Below, piece by piece: positions 9,120-17,678 of a DNA stretch of 64,000 bases (positions within the stretch are counted from its first letter, which is position 1; each line of letters opens with the position of its first letter). Source of the DNA: a virus (lineage: Duplodnaviria > Caudoviricetes); IMG/VR virus record IMGVR_UViG_3300044719_000048, positions 1 to 64,000 of that record. One strand, given 5' to 3'. Under the pieces are notes generated by a model, which saw only the letters and a program-made list of their open reading frames with translations, made no database searches and was not told the DNA's origin. The position numbers and the translations under genes are program-made.

Positions 9120-9578
9120 ATGAAGACGAAGATCAACGCGGCACAGCGACTGAAGGCTTCCATGCCGGTTCAAAAGTGGCGCACGAAAGACGCCTACGGT
9201 CCTAAAGCGGTGAGCCTGAAACGAGCGAAAGCCCTTGGGTTCACCGAGGGTCCGTTCTACCACGGAACTGACACGCGCAGCTACAACAACATCATGACGA
9301 AGGGATTCCGCTCCAAGGGAGCAGCTGAGTGGGAGGTTGAGGATCCAGGAACTATAGAGGAGTTCAAGAAGTGGGGCACTGTGAACCCTGTGAACCCTGT
9401 GATGTTCACTCCAGACAGAGACGGAGCAGCTGGCTTCGGAAAGAAGATCGTGACCTGCTACGTGAAGCCGGGCAGAGTGCGCAACGCTTCCGGTATGACG
9501 CTCTATGGAGGCCTCTACGTTGAGCATCCGGCAGACGTCATTCCGATCAAAGACCCCATTCGCCAGGAGAAGAAATGA
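9120..9578 (+). CDS. tagged ADP-ribosyltransferase-fold (H-Y type) protein
   Basis: TKINAAQRLKA; FYHGT...IMTKGF...VMFTPDRDGAAGF matches the NAD-binding ART/PARP-like core. Confidence 0.65.
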   Translation: MKTKINAAQRLKASMPVQKWRTKDAYGPKAVSLKRAKALGFTEGPFYHGTDTRSYNNIMTKGFRSKGAAEWEVEDPGTIEEFKKWGTVNPVNPVMFTPDRDGAAGFGKKIVTCYVKPGRVRNASGMTLYGGLYVEHPADVIPIKDPIRQEKK

Positions 9579-10180
9579 AGGTTCATGCAGCAGCCCGTCT
9601 AGTTCAGGCTGAGACGATACAGAACTACGTCCAGCGGTTGAAGAAGCTGGGCATCAGGCGGATCGGTGGCGGAGAGTACGGATTGGTGTTTCAACACCCT
9701 ACGCTTCCTGACGTGGTGGTCAAGCTCTTGGTCGAGAAAGATCCCGACTATATGTCGTGGGTCCAGTTCAGCCAAAAGCACCAGGACAATCCGTACGTAC
9801 CTAAGATCTTCAACGTGTCCCAAGACAAGAACAGGTTTGATCCTGAGATGTTCAAGCGCTTCGGCTCTAGCAATCTTCTGGACATGCACCTGATCTTTAT
9901 GGAGAAGCTGAAGCCCGTCACCATGAACGAGTACAAAAAGTTTGGTACGCACCTAGCAGATCTGGCTAATGGCGTTGCACGCAAAGACGCGTTTATGTGG
10001 AAACATATACGAGACACTCCTATCCTGTGGTCCCTTCTGTCAAAGCAAAAAGAAGACCTGGCTCTTGCTGAGGTGGCCAAGTTCATAAGCGACGGGCACG
10101 CAGGCATGCTTGACGTGCACGAAGGGAACGTCATGAAGCGCGGCGCTCAGGTTGTCATCATAGATCCATTTGCCTCCTAA
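9575..10180 (+). CDS. tagged protein kinase (T7 gp0.7-like)
   Basis: MKVHAAARLVQA; GGGEYGLV P-loop, VVVK lysine, DVHEGNVM catalytic loop, IIDP. Confidence 0.85.
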   Translation: MKVHAAARLVQAETIQNYVQRLKKLGIRRIGGGEYGLVFQHPTLPDVVVKLLVEKDPDYMSWVQFSQKHQDNPYVPKIFNVSQDKNRFDPEMFKRFGSSNLLDMHLIFMEKLKPVTMNEYKKFGTHLADLANGVARKDAFMWKHIRDTPILWSLLSKQKEDLALAEVAKFISDGHAGMLDVHEGNVMKRGAQVVIIDPFAS

Positions 10181-10189
10181 GGAGAAGAG

Positions 10190-10462
10190 ATGAAGGTCCA
10201 AATCAAGGCTGCGCGGCGTCTCATAGAGGCCGACAAGTGGTCGTCCGATGTAAAGACCAAGCATCATACCCCTGATGGTCTGTTCAAGGACGGGACGTCC
10301 GAGGAGATCGCCAAGGAACTGAAGCGCGAGCACGGCGACGACTTCGCTGGAGCCATGAGCGCCCTCAACTTCTACATCAACCGTGGCGGAAAGAACATAC
10401 CGAACCGCCAAAACGTGGAGGGCGCTAAGGAGGCACTGCGCAAACTGTATGGTAAAGATTAA
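10190..10462 (+). CDS. tagged DUF3175-family protein
   Basis: VQIKAARRLIEA; KWS...GLF...IAKEL...AMSALNFYINRGGKN...AKEALRKLYG. Confidence 0.75.
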   Translation: MKVQIKAARRLIEADKWSSDVKTKHHTPDGLFKDGTSEEIAKELKREHGDDFAGAMSALNFYINRGGKNIPNRQNVEGAKEALRKLYGKD

Positions 10463-10993
10463 CGCCGCTTACCGCCTCATAGCACTTATCGTAGAGCCAC
10501 AAGAGTCGGCGTACCCAGAGAATGAGGGGGGTGCAAGGTCTGAAAGAGTGGAGGCGGGACAAGAAGAATGCTCGTATGGTAGTGACTTCCGATCCTTCGT
10601 TCACCATAGGTGTAGTGCCCTACGGAAGATCGTACTACGTGTACTTGCTGAAAAAATGGTCAGCCGGTGGCTAAGGTCTTCCTTGGGTACTCAGGTACCG
10701 GGCTCTACAGTCCCTCGTCTTTCGTTGACTCCAAGTCTCGAGGTCAGGGACTTGCGGTGATGCTGTGCTCCTGGATCCTCGACAGTGGAATGACTCTGGT
10801 GAACACCGTCAGTCAGAGCCCACTCAGTCACGGTCTATGGAAGCGGTTGAGTCGTGACTACCACTTGGTCGCGTTCTCAGGTAAGGAAGTGCTGACGGGC
10901 GCCAAGGCCATGAAAGTAATGGACGTTCCAGAGTATGGTCTTGCTCTCCTTGGAAAGGGGCATTCTGCCTCACAGCTGAAGAATCTAATGTAG
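10449..10993 (+). pseudogene. tagged GNAT acetyltransferase-like gene split by two +1 homopolymer frameshifts
   Basis: MVKINAAYRLIA; removing one G from G6 (10526-10531) and one A from A6 (10651-10656) gives a single 180-aa ORF with an RGQGLA acetyl-CoA motif, similar to the 15565 GNAT (both carry AYPEN). Confidence 0.65.
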
Positions 10994-11028
10994 GACGCGT
11001 AACAAACTTCACAATATGAACAGGTAAT

Positions 11029-11038
11029 GAATTTCATG
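11029..11038 (+). promoter_or_regulatory. AATTTNA-class putative late promoter
   Basis: GAATTTCATG upstream of the fibre gene. Confidence 0.55.
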
Positions 11039-11070
11039 TTGCAGTTCTAATCACATCCAAAAGGTATATC

Positions 11071-14000
11071 ATGAGCCAACCCACTTTTTACTACCCGGTA
11101 ACGGTCGTACAGAGCGGCGGCAGCACCAGCGCAAACGCTCCGCTGTTGCCGACGCTGCCACTCGATTCTGTAACCCTCGCAGCAATTCTCGGCCAGCCTG
11201 CTGGTGCGCAACCGCAGGGCCTGTACGTAGACGACGGCGAGCAATGGCGGTTTGCCCTCCCGTATGTCCAGCTGTGTGCGGCCGGTATCTTCGCCAACAC
11301 CATAACGATCTATGCCGATCCGACGTCCTCGGCTACTGCTCCCGCAGGCTCCACCGTTTATAAGAACGGTATCCTGCAAAGCGGTCTGTCCATCACTGCT
11401 GGCAACGCCATTTATGTGGTGCTGACTCCGAGTGCAAGTGGCGGTGGCGGCAGCTACGTTCTTCCGCCGGCCTCCGGCTTAACGCTCGGTGGCGTCATCG
11501 TCCCGTCTTCGTCGAACCTCACCGTCGACGGCTCGGGCAATCTCGACATCAAGACCTCGCTGATCAACACGATCAACGCGAAGATCGGAAGCGTCGTGTC
11601 CTCCGGCACAGGCACTTCGCTGATCAACTCCGTGGCCAGCGGCACCGCAACCCTGAAGTCGCTGCGCGCTACTAACGGCGCGACGCTCACGGACAACGGC
11701 AGTGGAACGCTGACGCTCGACGTTCCGGTTGCCACCACCACCGTTCTTGGCGCGGTTAAGGCCGGTGCAGGTCTGTCTGTGGCAGTCGATGGTACGCTGT
11801 CGGTCACGAGTGGCGGTACGACCACGCTGACAGGTGACGTGACGGGCTCTGGCAATGGCACCGTTTCCACCTCGCTGTCGACTACGGGCGTCACGGCAGG
11901 TACATACACGAAAGTCACCGTCGATGCAAAGGGCCGAGTCTCGGTGGGCGCGCAACTTGCCGGTTCGGATGTCACAACCGCTTTGGGCTACACGCCCTAC
12001 AATGGTTCTACCAACCCGAATGGCTTCCTGACTACGAATCAAAGCATCACGGTTTCGGGTGATGCTTCGGGTACGGGTTCGACTGCCATTACGCTGGCCC
12101 TTGCCAACAGTGGCGTAACGGCGGGCACCTACACCAAGGTCACGGTGGATGCCAAAGGTCGTGTGACTGTAGGTGCAGCACTCGCGTCGTCCGACGTCAC
12201 CACTGCACTTGGCTACACACCCTACAACGGTTCCACCAACCCCAACGGTTTCCTGACGACCAACCAGTCGATCACCGTCTCCGGCGACGCTACGGGCACC
12301 GGTTCGACTGCCATCACACTGGCTCTCGCTAACAGCGGTGTGACCGCAGGTACATACCACAGCGTCACCGTCGATGCAAAAGGTCGCGTGACTGCTGGTA
12401 CGAACCCGACCACGCTTTCGGGCTATGGTATCACGGACGGGCTGTCGAATGCAGGCGGCACTATGACGGGCACGCTGACGTTCAGTGGTGGCGCTACGGT
12501 CACTGGTCTGCCGACTCCGAGCGCCACTGGTGACGCCACCAACAAGTCGTACGTGGATGCTGCTGTCGCCGCTGTTGCTCAAGGCGCAAGCTGGAAGGCA
12601 AACGCACAAGCGGCATCGACCGGCAACCTGACACTAAGTGGCACACAGACCATAGACGGCTACGCTGCGCAGGTTGGCGACCGCATTCTGGTGAAAGACC
12701 AAACCACGCAGTCCCAGAACGGCGTGTACGTGGTGGCTTCGGGTGCGTGGACCCGCTCAGTAGACGCTGACCTCGGCTCCGAAATCAAGGGCATGGCCAT
12801 CTTGGTCATCAACGGCACGACCAACGCACTGTCTCAGTGGGTGAACACCAACACTTCGGCACCGAACATCGGTACCGATGCCATCACCTATACGATGCTT
12901 CAGAGCTCGGGTTCGACCTACAGCGCAGGCACCGGCCTGACGCTTTCGAGCAACCAGTTCTCGATCACGAACACTGGTGTGACCGCAGGTACGTACACGA
13001 AGGTGACTGTCAACGCTCAAGGTCAAGTGACGGCAGGTACTTCGCTGACTGGTTCGGACGTGAACACCGCGCTGGGCTACACGGCTTACAACGGCGCGTC
13101 CAACCCGAGTGGCTTCTTGACCGCAAACCAGAACATAACGGTCTCTGGCGACGCAACAGGCTCGGGCACCACTGCCGTGACGCTGACGCTGGCAAACAGT
13201 GGCGTGACTGCCGGTACCTACACCAAGGTTACGGTCGACGCCAAAGGTCGTGTCACGGTGGGTGCCGCTCTTGCGTCGTCTGATGTCACGACGGCTCTGG
13301 GTTATACTCCGTACAACGGGACGACGAACCCGAATGGCTTCCTGACTACCAACCAGAGCATCACGCTGTCGGGCGATGCGACGGGCAGCGGTTCGACCGC
13401 AATCACTGTTGCGCTCGCCAACAGTGGCGTAACGGCGGGTACGTACACGAAGGTCACCGTCGATGCCAAAGGTCGTGTGACTGTCGGTGCTTCGTTGGCT
13501 TCTTCGGATGTCACGACTGCATTGGGTTACACTCCGCTGAACAAAGCGGGCGACACGCTGAACGGTGCACTGAACTGGGCATCGACGGTCTCGATCACTG
13601 CGGCCTCCACTACCGATATTGGTGGTGCCGCGTCGAACTCGATTACCGTGACCGGCAACACCACGATCACTGCTCTTGGTACGGCACCGGCAGGTTCGGA
13701 GCGCTGGGTGACCTTCACTGGTACGCCGATTCTGACTCACAACGCCACGTCGCTGATTCTGCCTACCTCGGCCAACATCACGGCAGCCGCAGGTGATTCG
13801 GCAATCTTCATGAGCCTGGGTGGTGGTAACTGGCGCTGCATCGGTTATGCTCGTGCAGACGGTACGGCGCTTGCCGGAAGCCCGGACGCAACCAAGCTGC
13901 CGCTGACGGGTGGTACGCTGAGTGGCGCACTGAACTTAGCTCCGTTGGCTTCGCTTTCGTCGGCCTCGACAGTCAACATCGGTGCAGCAACTTCCAACTC

Positions 14001-14598
14001 CATCACGATCACTGGTACGACGACGATAACGGCGTTCGACACGATTGCCGCTGGTGCGTATCGAACCTTGATCTTCGCGGGTGCTCTGACGCTGACCCAC
14101 AACGGTACTTCGCTGATTCTGCCGGGTGCAGCCAACATCACCACTGCCGCGGGTGACGTTGCCCAGTTCGTCAGCCTTGGATCGGGCAACTGGCGTTGCA
14201 CTGGGTACATGCGTGCAAGTGGTCAGCCTGTGGCCTCGTCGCTGTCGGGTCTGACGCTGGTGAATCCGACGATCACCAACTTCACAGAAAGTGGTCAAAA
14301 CCCAGCTGCTGGTTCGTCGTTCACTGTTGACCTGACGCAAGGTACGGACTTCGAGTTCACTACCAATGCCAACACCACGATCACGCTGCCGACGCCAGTC
14401 GCAGGTAAGAGCTACACGATTACGGTGATCTATGGCGGTGCTCACACTGTTGCGTTCTCAGGTGGTGGCACGATCAAGTACTCGAACGGTACTGCGCCGA
14501 CGGCTACTTCGGTTTCAGGTCAGCGTGACTACTACCTGTGCAAGTGCGACCGCACCGGTACGTACACGTCGGTCTTCGATGGTGGCCGCAACTTCTAA
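11071..14598 (+). CDS. long repetitive fibre protein (tail or head fibre)
   Basis: 1175 aa, G/T/S/A-rich; GVTAGTYTKVTVDAKGRV fibre repeats; GDRILVKDQT...QNGVYVV...WTR fibre module. Confidence 0.85.
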   Translation: MSQPTFYYPVTVVQSGGSTSANAPLLPTLPLDSVTLAAILGQPAGAQPQGLYVDDGEQWRFALPYVQLCAAGIFANTITIYADPTSSATAPAGSTVYKNGILQSGLSITAGNAIYVVLTPSASGGGGSYVLPPASGLTLGGVIVPSSSNLTVDGSGNLDIKTSLINTINAKIGSVVSSGTGTSLINSVASGTATLKSLRATNGATLTDNGSGTLTLDVPVATTTVLGAVKAGAGLSVAVDGTLSVTSGGTTTLTGDVTGSGNGTVSTSLSTTGVTAGTYTKVTVDAKGRVSVGAQLAGSDVTTALGYTPYNGSTNPNGFLTTNQSITVSGDASGTGSTAITLALANSGVTAGTYTKVTVDAKGRVTVGAALASSDVTTALGYTPYNGSTNPNGFLTTNQSITVSGDATGTGSTAITLALANSGVTAGTYHSVTVDAKGRVTAGTNPTTLSGYGITDGLSNAGGTMTGTLTFSGGATVTGLPTPSATGDATNKSYVDAAVAAVAQGASWKANAQAASTGNLTLSGTQTIDGYAAQVGDRILVKDQTTQSQNGVYVVASGAWTRSVDADLGSEIKGMAILVINGTTNALSQWVNTNTSAPNIGTDAITYTMLQSSGSTYSAGTGLTLSSNQFSITNTGVTAGTYTKVTVNAQGQVTAGTSLTGSDVNTALGYTAYNGASNPSGFLTANQNITVSGDATGSGTTAVTLTLANSGVTAGTYTKVTVDAKGRVTVGAALASSDVTTALGYTPYNGTTNPNGFLTTNQSITLSGDATGSGSTAITVALANSGVTAGTYTKVTVDAKGRVTVGASLASSDVTTALGYTPLNKAGDTLNGALNWASTVSITAASTTDIGGAASNSITVTGNTTITALGTAPAGSERWVTFTGTPILTHNATSLILPTSANITAAAGDSAIFMSLGGGNWRCIGYARADGTALAGSPDATKLPLTGGTLSGALNLAPLASLSSASTVNIGAATSNSITITGTTTITAFDTIAAGAYRTLIFAGALTLTHNGTSLILPGAANITTAAGDVAQFVSLGSGNWRCTGYMRASGQPVASSLSGLTLVNPTITNFTESGQNPAAGSSFTVDLTQGTDFEFTTNANTTITLPTPVAGKSYTITVIYGGAHTVAFSGGGTIKYSNGTAPTATSVSGQRDYYLCKCDRTGTYTSVFDGGRNF
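11887..13530 (+). repeat. 75-codon (225-nt) intragenic tandem repeats, two blocks of three
   Basis: GVTAGTY cores start at 11887, 12112, 12337 and at 12976, 13201, 13426. Confidence 0.9.
13555..14225 (+). repeat. 120-codon duplicated domain in fibre C-terminus
   Basis: LTHNxTSLILP...GNWRC occurs twice; the NWRC codons are at 13828 and 14188. Confidence 0.85.
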
Positions 14599-14605
14599 GT
14601 GACGC

Positions 14606-14636
14606 GAGGCCGGGTTCGCTCGGCCTCTTTCTTTTT
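14606..14636 (+). terminator. intrinsic terminator
   Basis: GAGGCCGGG-TTCG-CTCGGCCTC followed by TTTCTTTTT. Confidence 0.8.
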
Positions 14637-14645
14637 GGAGCAACT

Positions 14646-15344
14646 ATGTTCACAGCTTCTGGTCGACTGCAGCCAGCAGGTCGTAATAGCGCACCGGCGC
14701 ACGACCCCTACTTCAGCAGTGTTTCGCTCCTGGCCCACTGCGATGACTACACAGATGTAAAGGGCAACACTCTTACCAATAACAGCACCACCCTAGACAC
14801 CACTACGTATAAGTTTGGTGGAAAGTCGTGGAATTTCCCAGGTGTGTCCCAGTACGTGACTATGGGAGCTAACGCGGGGCTCAGTTTCGGCACAGGTGAT
14901 TTCACCGTCGAACTCTGGGTCTACGTTCCTTCATGGACGAACAACACAAACGGTAAGATGATGCTGGACACGCGGCCGAATAGCACTAATGGTGCTTACT
15001 GGAACCTTGGCCTGACAAGCATAGGTCGTGTGCAGTTCACCACGCTCACATCAGGTGGCATTAACGTAGCGGCACCCTCGCTAATACCGACTGCACAATG
15101 GGTTCATGTGGCAGTGACCCGAGCCAGCGGACGTATCGACGTGTGGATCAACGGTACGAGCGTTGCCAGCGCCACCGGCAACACAGACAACATTTCCTCC
15201 TCCGGTATGGCTTTCGGTCGAAACGCTTTCGCGCCGTCGGACTCCTTCTGGCTCGGAAACATGGACGACATCCGTATCACCAAAGGAGTGGCACGCTACA
15301 CGGCGAACTTCACGCCGTCACCGTTCCCATTCCCCAACAGCTAA
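14646..15344 (+). CDS. LamG/concanavalin A-like lectin domain protein
   Basis: GGAG RBS; DPYFSSVSLL, GTGDFTVELW, WVHVAVTR, MDDIRITKGVARYTANF. Confidence 0.85.
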   Translation: MFTASGRLQPAGRNSAPAHDPYFSSVSLLAHCDDYTDVKGNTLTNNSTTLDTTTYKFGGKSWNFPGVSQYVTMGANAGLSFGTGDFTVELWVYVPSWTNNTNGKMMLDTRPNSTNGAYWNLGLTSIGRVQFTTLTSGGINVAAPSLIPTAQWVHVAVTRASGRIDVWINGTSVASATGNTDNISSSGMAFGRNAFAPSDSFWLGNMDDIRITKGVARYTANFTPSPFPFPNS

Positions 15345-15357
15345 TCGGAGTGCCCGC

Positions 15358-16092
15358 GTGAATGAGTTCACTCGCCGTTTAAAGGCCGACCTGAAGACAG
15401 AGCATCTGAACATCTATGACGTGCCGTGCCCTGACTGCGGCGCTACTGTTACCTCTACAGCCAGAACGAAGGACGATGGCAAGGCCTTGAGCCGGTGCGT
15501 CGAAGGGCACGAGTTCACGCGGGCGCGTGCTTTTGCTGCCTACAACGTAGCAGTGAGGGCGCAAGTGCAGGTTAATGCAGCTCAACGCCTCCTTGCAGTG
15601 AACGTGAGTCCAAAAGCCTACCCCGAAAACGTAGCCCGACAAGACCTGGAGTTGGTGCAGGACCTGTTTAATCGAAAGCGCAAGCGGATAGGGACAGACC
15701 GCAACGGGCTGGTGTTCTGGTGGTGCGGTCTTAATGATCTCGTGTGCTCTACTCGTAGAGGTCAAGTCGTAGGGTTCGTTGCTCTGCGTCCCGGCATCGA
15801 TACGATTGATGTAGGCGACGAAGTGGTCAAAGGTAGATCTATCCGAAACATGTACCTGCTACCTGAGTACAGGGGCAGGGGCGTTATCTTAGGTATGCAC
15901 CAGTACTTGATCACCCAGTTCAACCTCATATCGGACGACGTTTACACGCCAGACGGCCTGAACGTATGGAAGCAACTCAAGAAGACAGGCCACAAAGTGG
16001 AAGTCACTGACATCTATTCGCACGGCCGAGGCAAGCCCTCTGTGAAGTGGGATAGCCCTCACACTGTGCTGTTTGTAAGGAGGAACCAATGA
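15358..16092 (+). CDS. Zn-ribbon plus internally tagged GNAT acetyltransferase
   Basis: GGAG RBS before GTG 15358; CPDCG...CVEGH; internal VQVNAAQRLLA; YLLPEYRGRGV GNAT motif A. Confidence 0.75.
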   Translation: MNEFTRRLKADLKTEHLNIYDVPCPDCGATVTSTARTKDDGKALSRCVEGHEFTRARAFAAYNVAVRAQVQVNAAQRLLAVNVSPKAYPENVARQDLELVQDLFNRKRKRIGTDRNGLVFWWCGLNDLVCSTRRGQVVGFVALRPGIDTIDVGDEVVKGRSIRNMYLLPEYRGRGVILGMHQYLITQFNLISDDVYTPDGLNVWKQLKKTGHKVEVTDIYSHGRGKPSVKWDSPHTVLFVRRNQ

Positions 16093-16691
16093 AGGTCCAC
16101 GCAGCCCAAAGACTTGGAGCCATGAAGATAGCCAAAGGCGACAACCTGCACTATGGAGCGTCCCTAGCCAAGAAGTACTTGGGTTCGGTCCCAGCCTACG
16201 ACTTTGAACTACTATATCAACACAACAATCAACTGGTGCTTCTCGCAAGAGACATGAGTTTCTTGGTTACGTGTGTTGACCAGCAGTCAGCCAATCAGCT
16301 TGCTCAAGAAGTCGGGCGTTCAGAGAAGCCTTTGAAAAGACTAGGCGCCGCGTCCATCGACGCTTTCGTTTCAGTGACGCTGGACGGCGTAGTAGAGGCT
16401 GTATGGGTCGCACCGAACCTCCGAGGCAAAGGCTACGGAATTGGCCTGTACAAGTTGGCGCACCAGCTGAGTCGCGACGGCATTGAAAGCTCTGACAAGT
16501 TAGGCTCTATGAGCCTTGCGACGTGGTTGCGCATTTACAAGAGCGTTCCCAAGGTTCAGCTCGTAGTCGACGGTACGGTTGTCCCTCGCAAGAACGTGGA
16601 GGTGGAGGGCCTCGATATAACGGTCAAAGGCTTCGAGCACCCGCTAACCGATCCAAAAGGACCTACCTTCATGTTCAGGTGGCCGCGATGA
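16089..16691 (+). CDS. tagged GNAT acetyltransferase
   Basis: AAGGAGG RBS; MKVHAAQRLGA; VWVAPNLRGKGYGIGLY. Confidence 0.8.
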   Translation: MKVHAAQRLGAMKIAKGDNLHYGASLAKKYLGSVPAYDFELLYQHNNQLVLLARDMSFLVTCVDQQSANQLAQEVGRSEKPLKRLGAASIDAFVSVTLDGVVEAVWVAPNLRGKGYGIGLYKLAHQLSRDGIESSDKLGSMSLATWLRIYKSVPKVQLVVDGTVVPRKNVEVEGLDITVKGFEHPLTDPKGPTFMFRWPR

Positions 16692-17113
16692 TAAAGATCA
16701 ACGCATCCGCCCGCCTTCTTGCCTATGATAGGACGTGGATCAATCGTATGAACCAGCATAGGAAGGCGCATCCGAAATATCAGGGCCAGCAGAAGCCTTC
16801 AGAGCTAGTGGACGAACACATTTTTACACTTGAACCCTCTGCGTTGGCGCAGCGGCTGAAGGCCATCTACAAGGATGATTTCCGCAGTGCGATGGGTGCT
16901 CTTACGGTCTACAAGAATCGAGCAGGCAAGAATCTGTTGAGTCCTGATCGAGAGCGCATAGACAAAGCCAAGGAACAACTCCGCAAACTCTATGGGAAGC
17001 AAGATGAAAATCAACGCCAGCAAAAGAATACAGGCCCTGAACCCCGCAAACAAGGGTCGCTCAACCAAGAGCGGTCACCAATCGGAAGCGTTCCGACAAC
17101 CAAAACGGTCTAA
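16688..17113 (+). CDS. tagged DUF3175-family protein (second copy)
   Basis: ATGA overlap gives start MIKINASARLLA; FRSAMGALTVYKNRAGKNL...AKEQLRKLYG. Confidence 0.75.
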   Translation: MIKINASARLLAYDRTWINRMNQHRKAHPKYQGQQKPSELVDEHIFTLEPSALAQRLKAIYKDDFRSAMGALTVYKNRAGKNLLSPDRERIDKAKEQLRKLYGKQDENQRQQKNTGPEPRKQGSLNQERSPIGSVPTTKTV

Positions 17114-17612
17114 CGCGTTCTCTGACCTCGCAGACGTAGTAAGCCGATCGGTAGAGGCTGACCGCATGCCGGAGTTCGGCCAAATGCCACCGTTCACGGC
17201 TCAGGTGAGAGCACATCATCGCCTCAAGGCCTCCGCTACCGACAACGAGGTGGTGCATGCAATGAAGCTGATGGCTCGCGCCACTCCTGTCACGAAGGTG
17301 GCCCTTGTGGGCCAGCAGTTGATTCGTCAGACCCTCGTGCGCCTCGGCTACTCAGTGCAAACCACGTTGACCCGCGCCTTTTACGATATGGAGTTCCGCA
17401 GAGACAAGCGTGTGCTCCACCTGGTGGGTTGGCACGGCACTGGCATCTACGGACCGGAGAAGTCGATACTGGAGTTCATCGACGAACAGGTGTCGAAGAC
17501 CCGCCCTGTCGTGACTATAGGAGTCATAAACGAAGCCAACGTCAACCCGGAAAATCAACAGCGCGTCATCTCCGACATTTTGGAGTACATAAAAGAATGT
17601 GGTCATTCTTAA
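17004..17612 (+). CDS. doubly tagged hypothetical protein
   Basis: MKINASKRIQA and internal QVRAHHRLKA. Confidence 0.7.
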   Translation: MKINASKRIQALNPANKGRSTKSGHQSEAFRQPKRSNAFSDLADVVSRSVEADRMPEFGQMPPFTAQVRAHHRLKASATDNEVVHAMKLMARATPVTKVALVGQQLIRQTLVRLGYSVQTTLTRAFYDMEFRRDKRVLHLVGWHGTGIYGPEKSILEFIDEQVSKTRPVVTIGVINEANVNPENQQRVISDILEYIKECGHS

Positions 17613-17678
17613 AGTATTTTTCTAGTGCACTGATATTCAGCTTGATGCCCCGCCACAAATCAATAATGAGAGGTAACC

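Noticed and set aside
10383-10760. 125-aa ORF as an intact gene
   Set aside because: Beyond the G6 run, the coherent paralogue-supported sequence continues in other frames
14538-16687. Upstream starts in the ORF track (14538, 15163, 16523; likewise 19345, 36753, 45052, 55429)
   Set aside because: They overlap neighbouring genes; RBS positions and stop-start coupling support the downstream starts used
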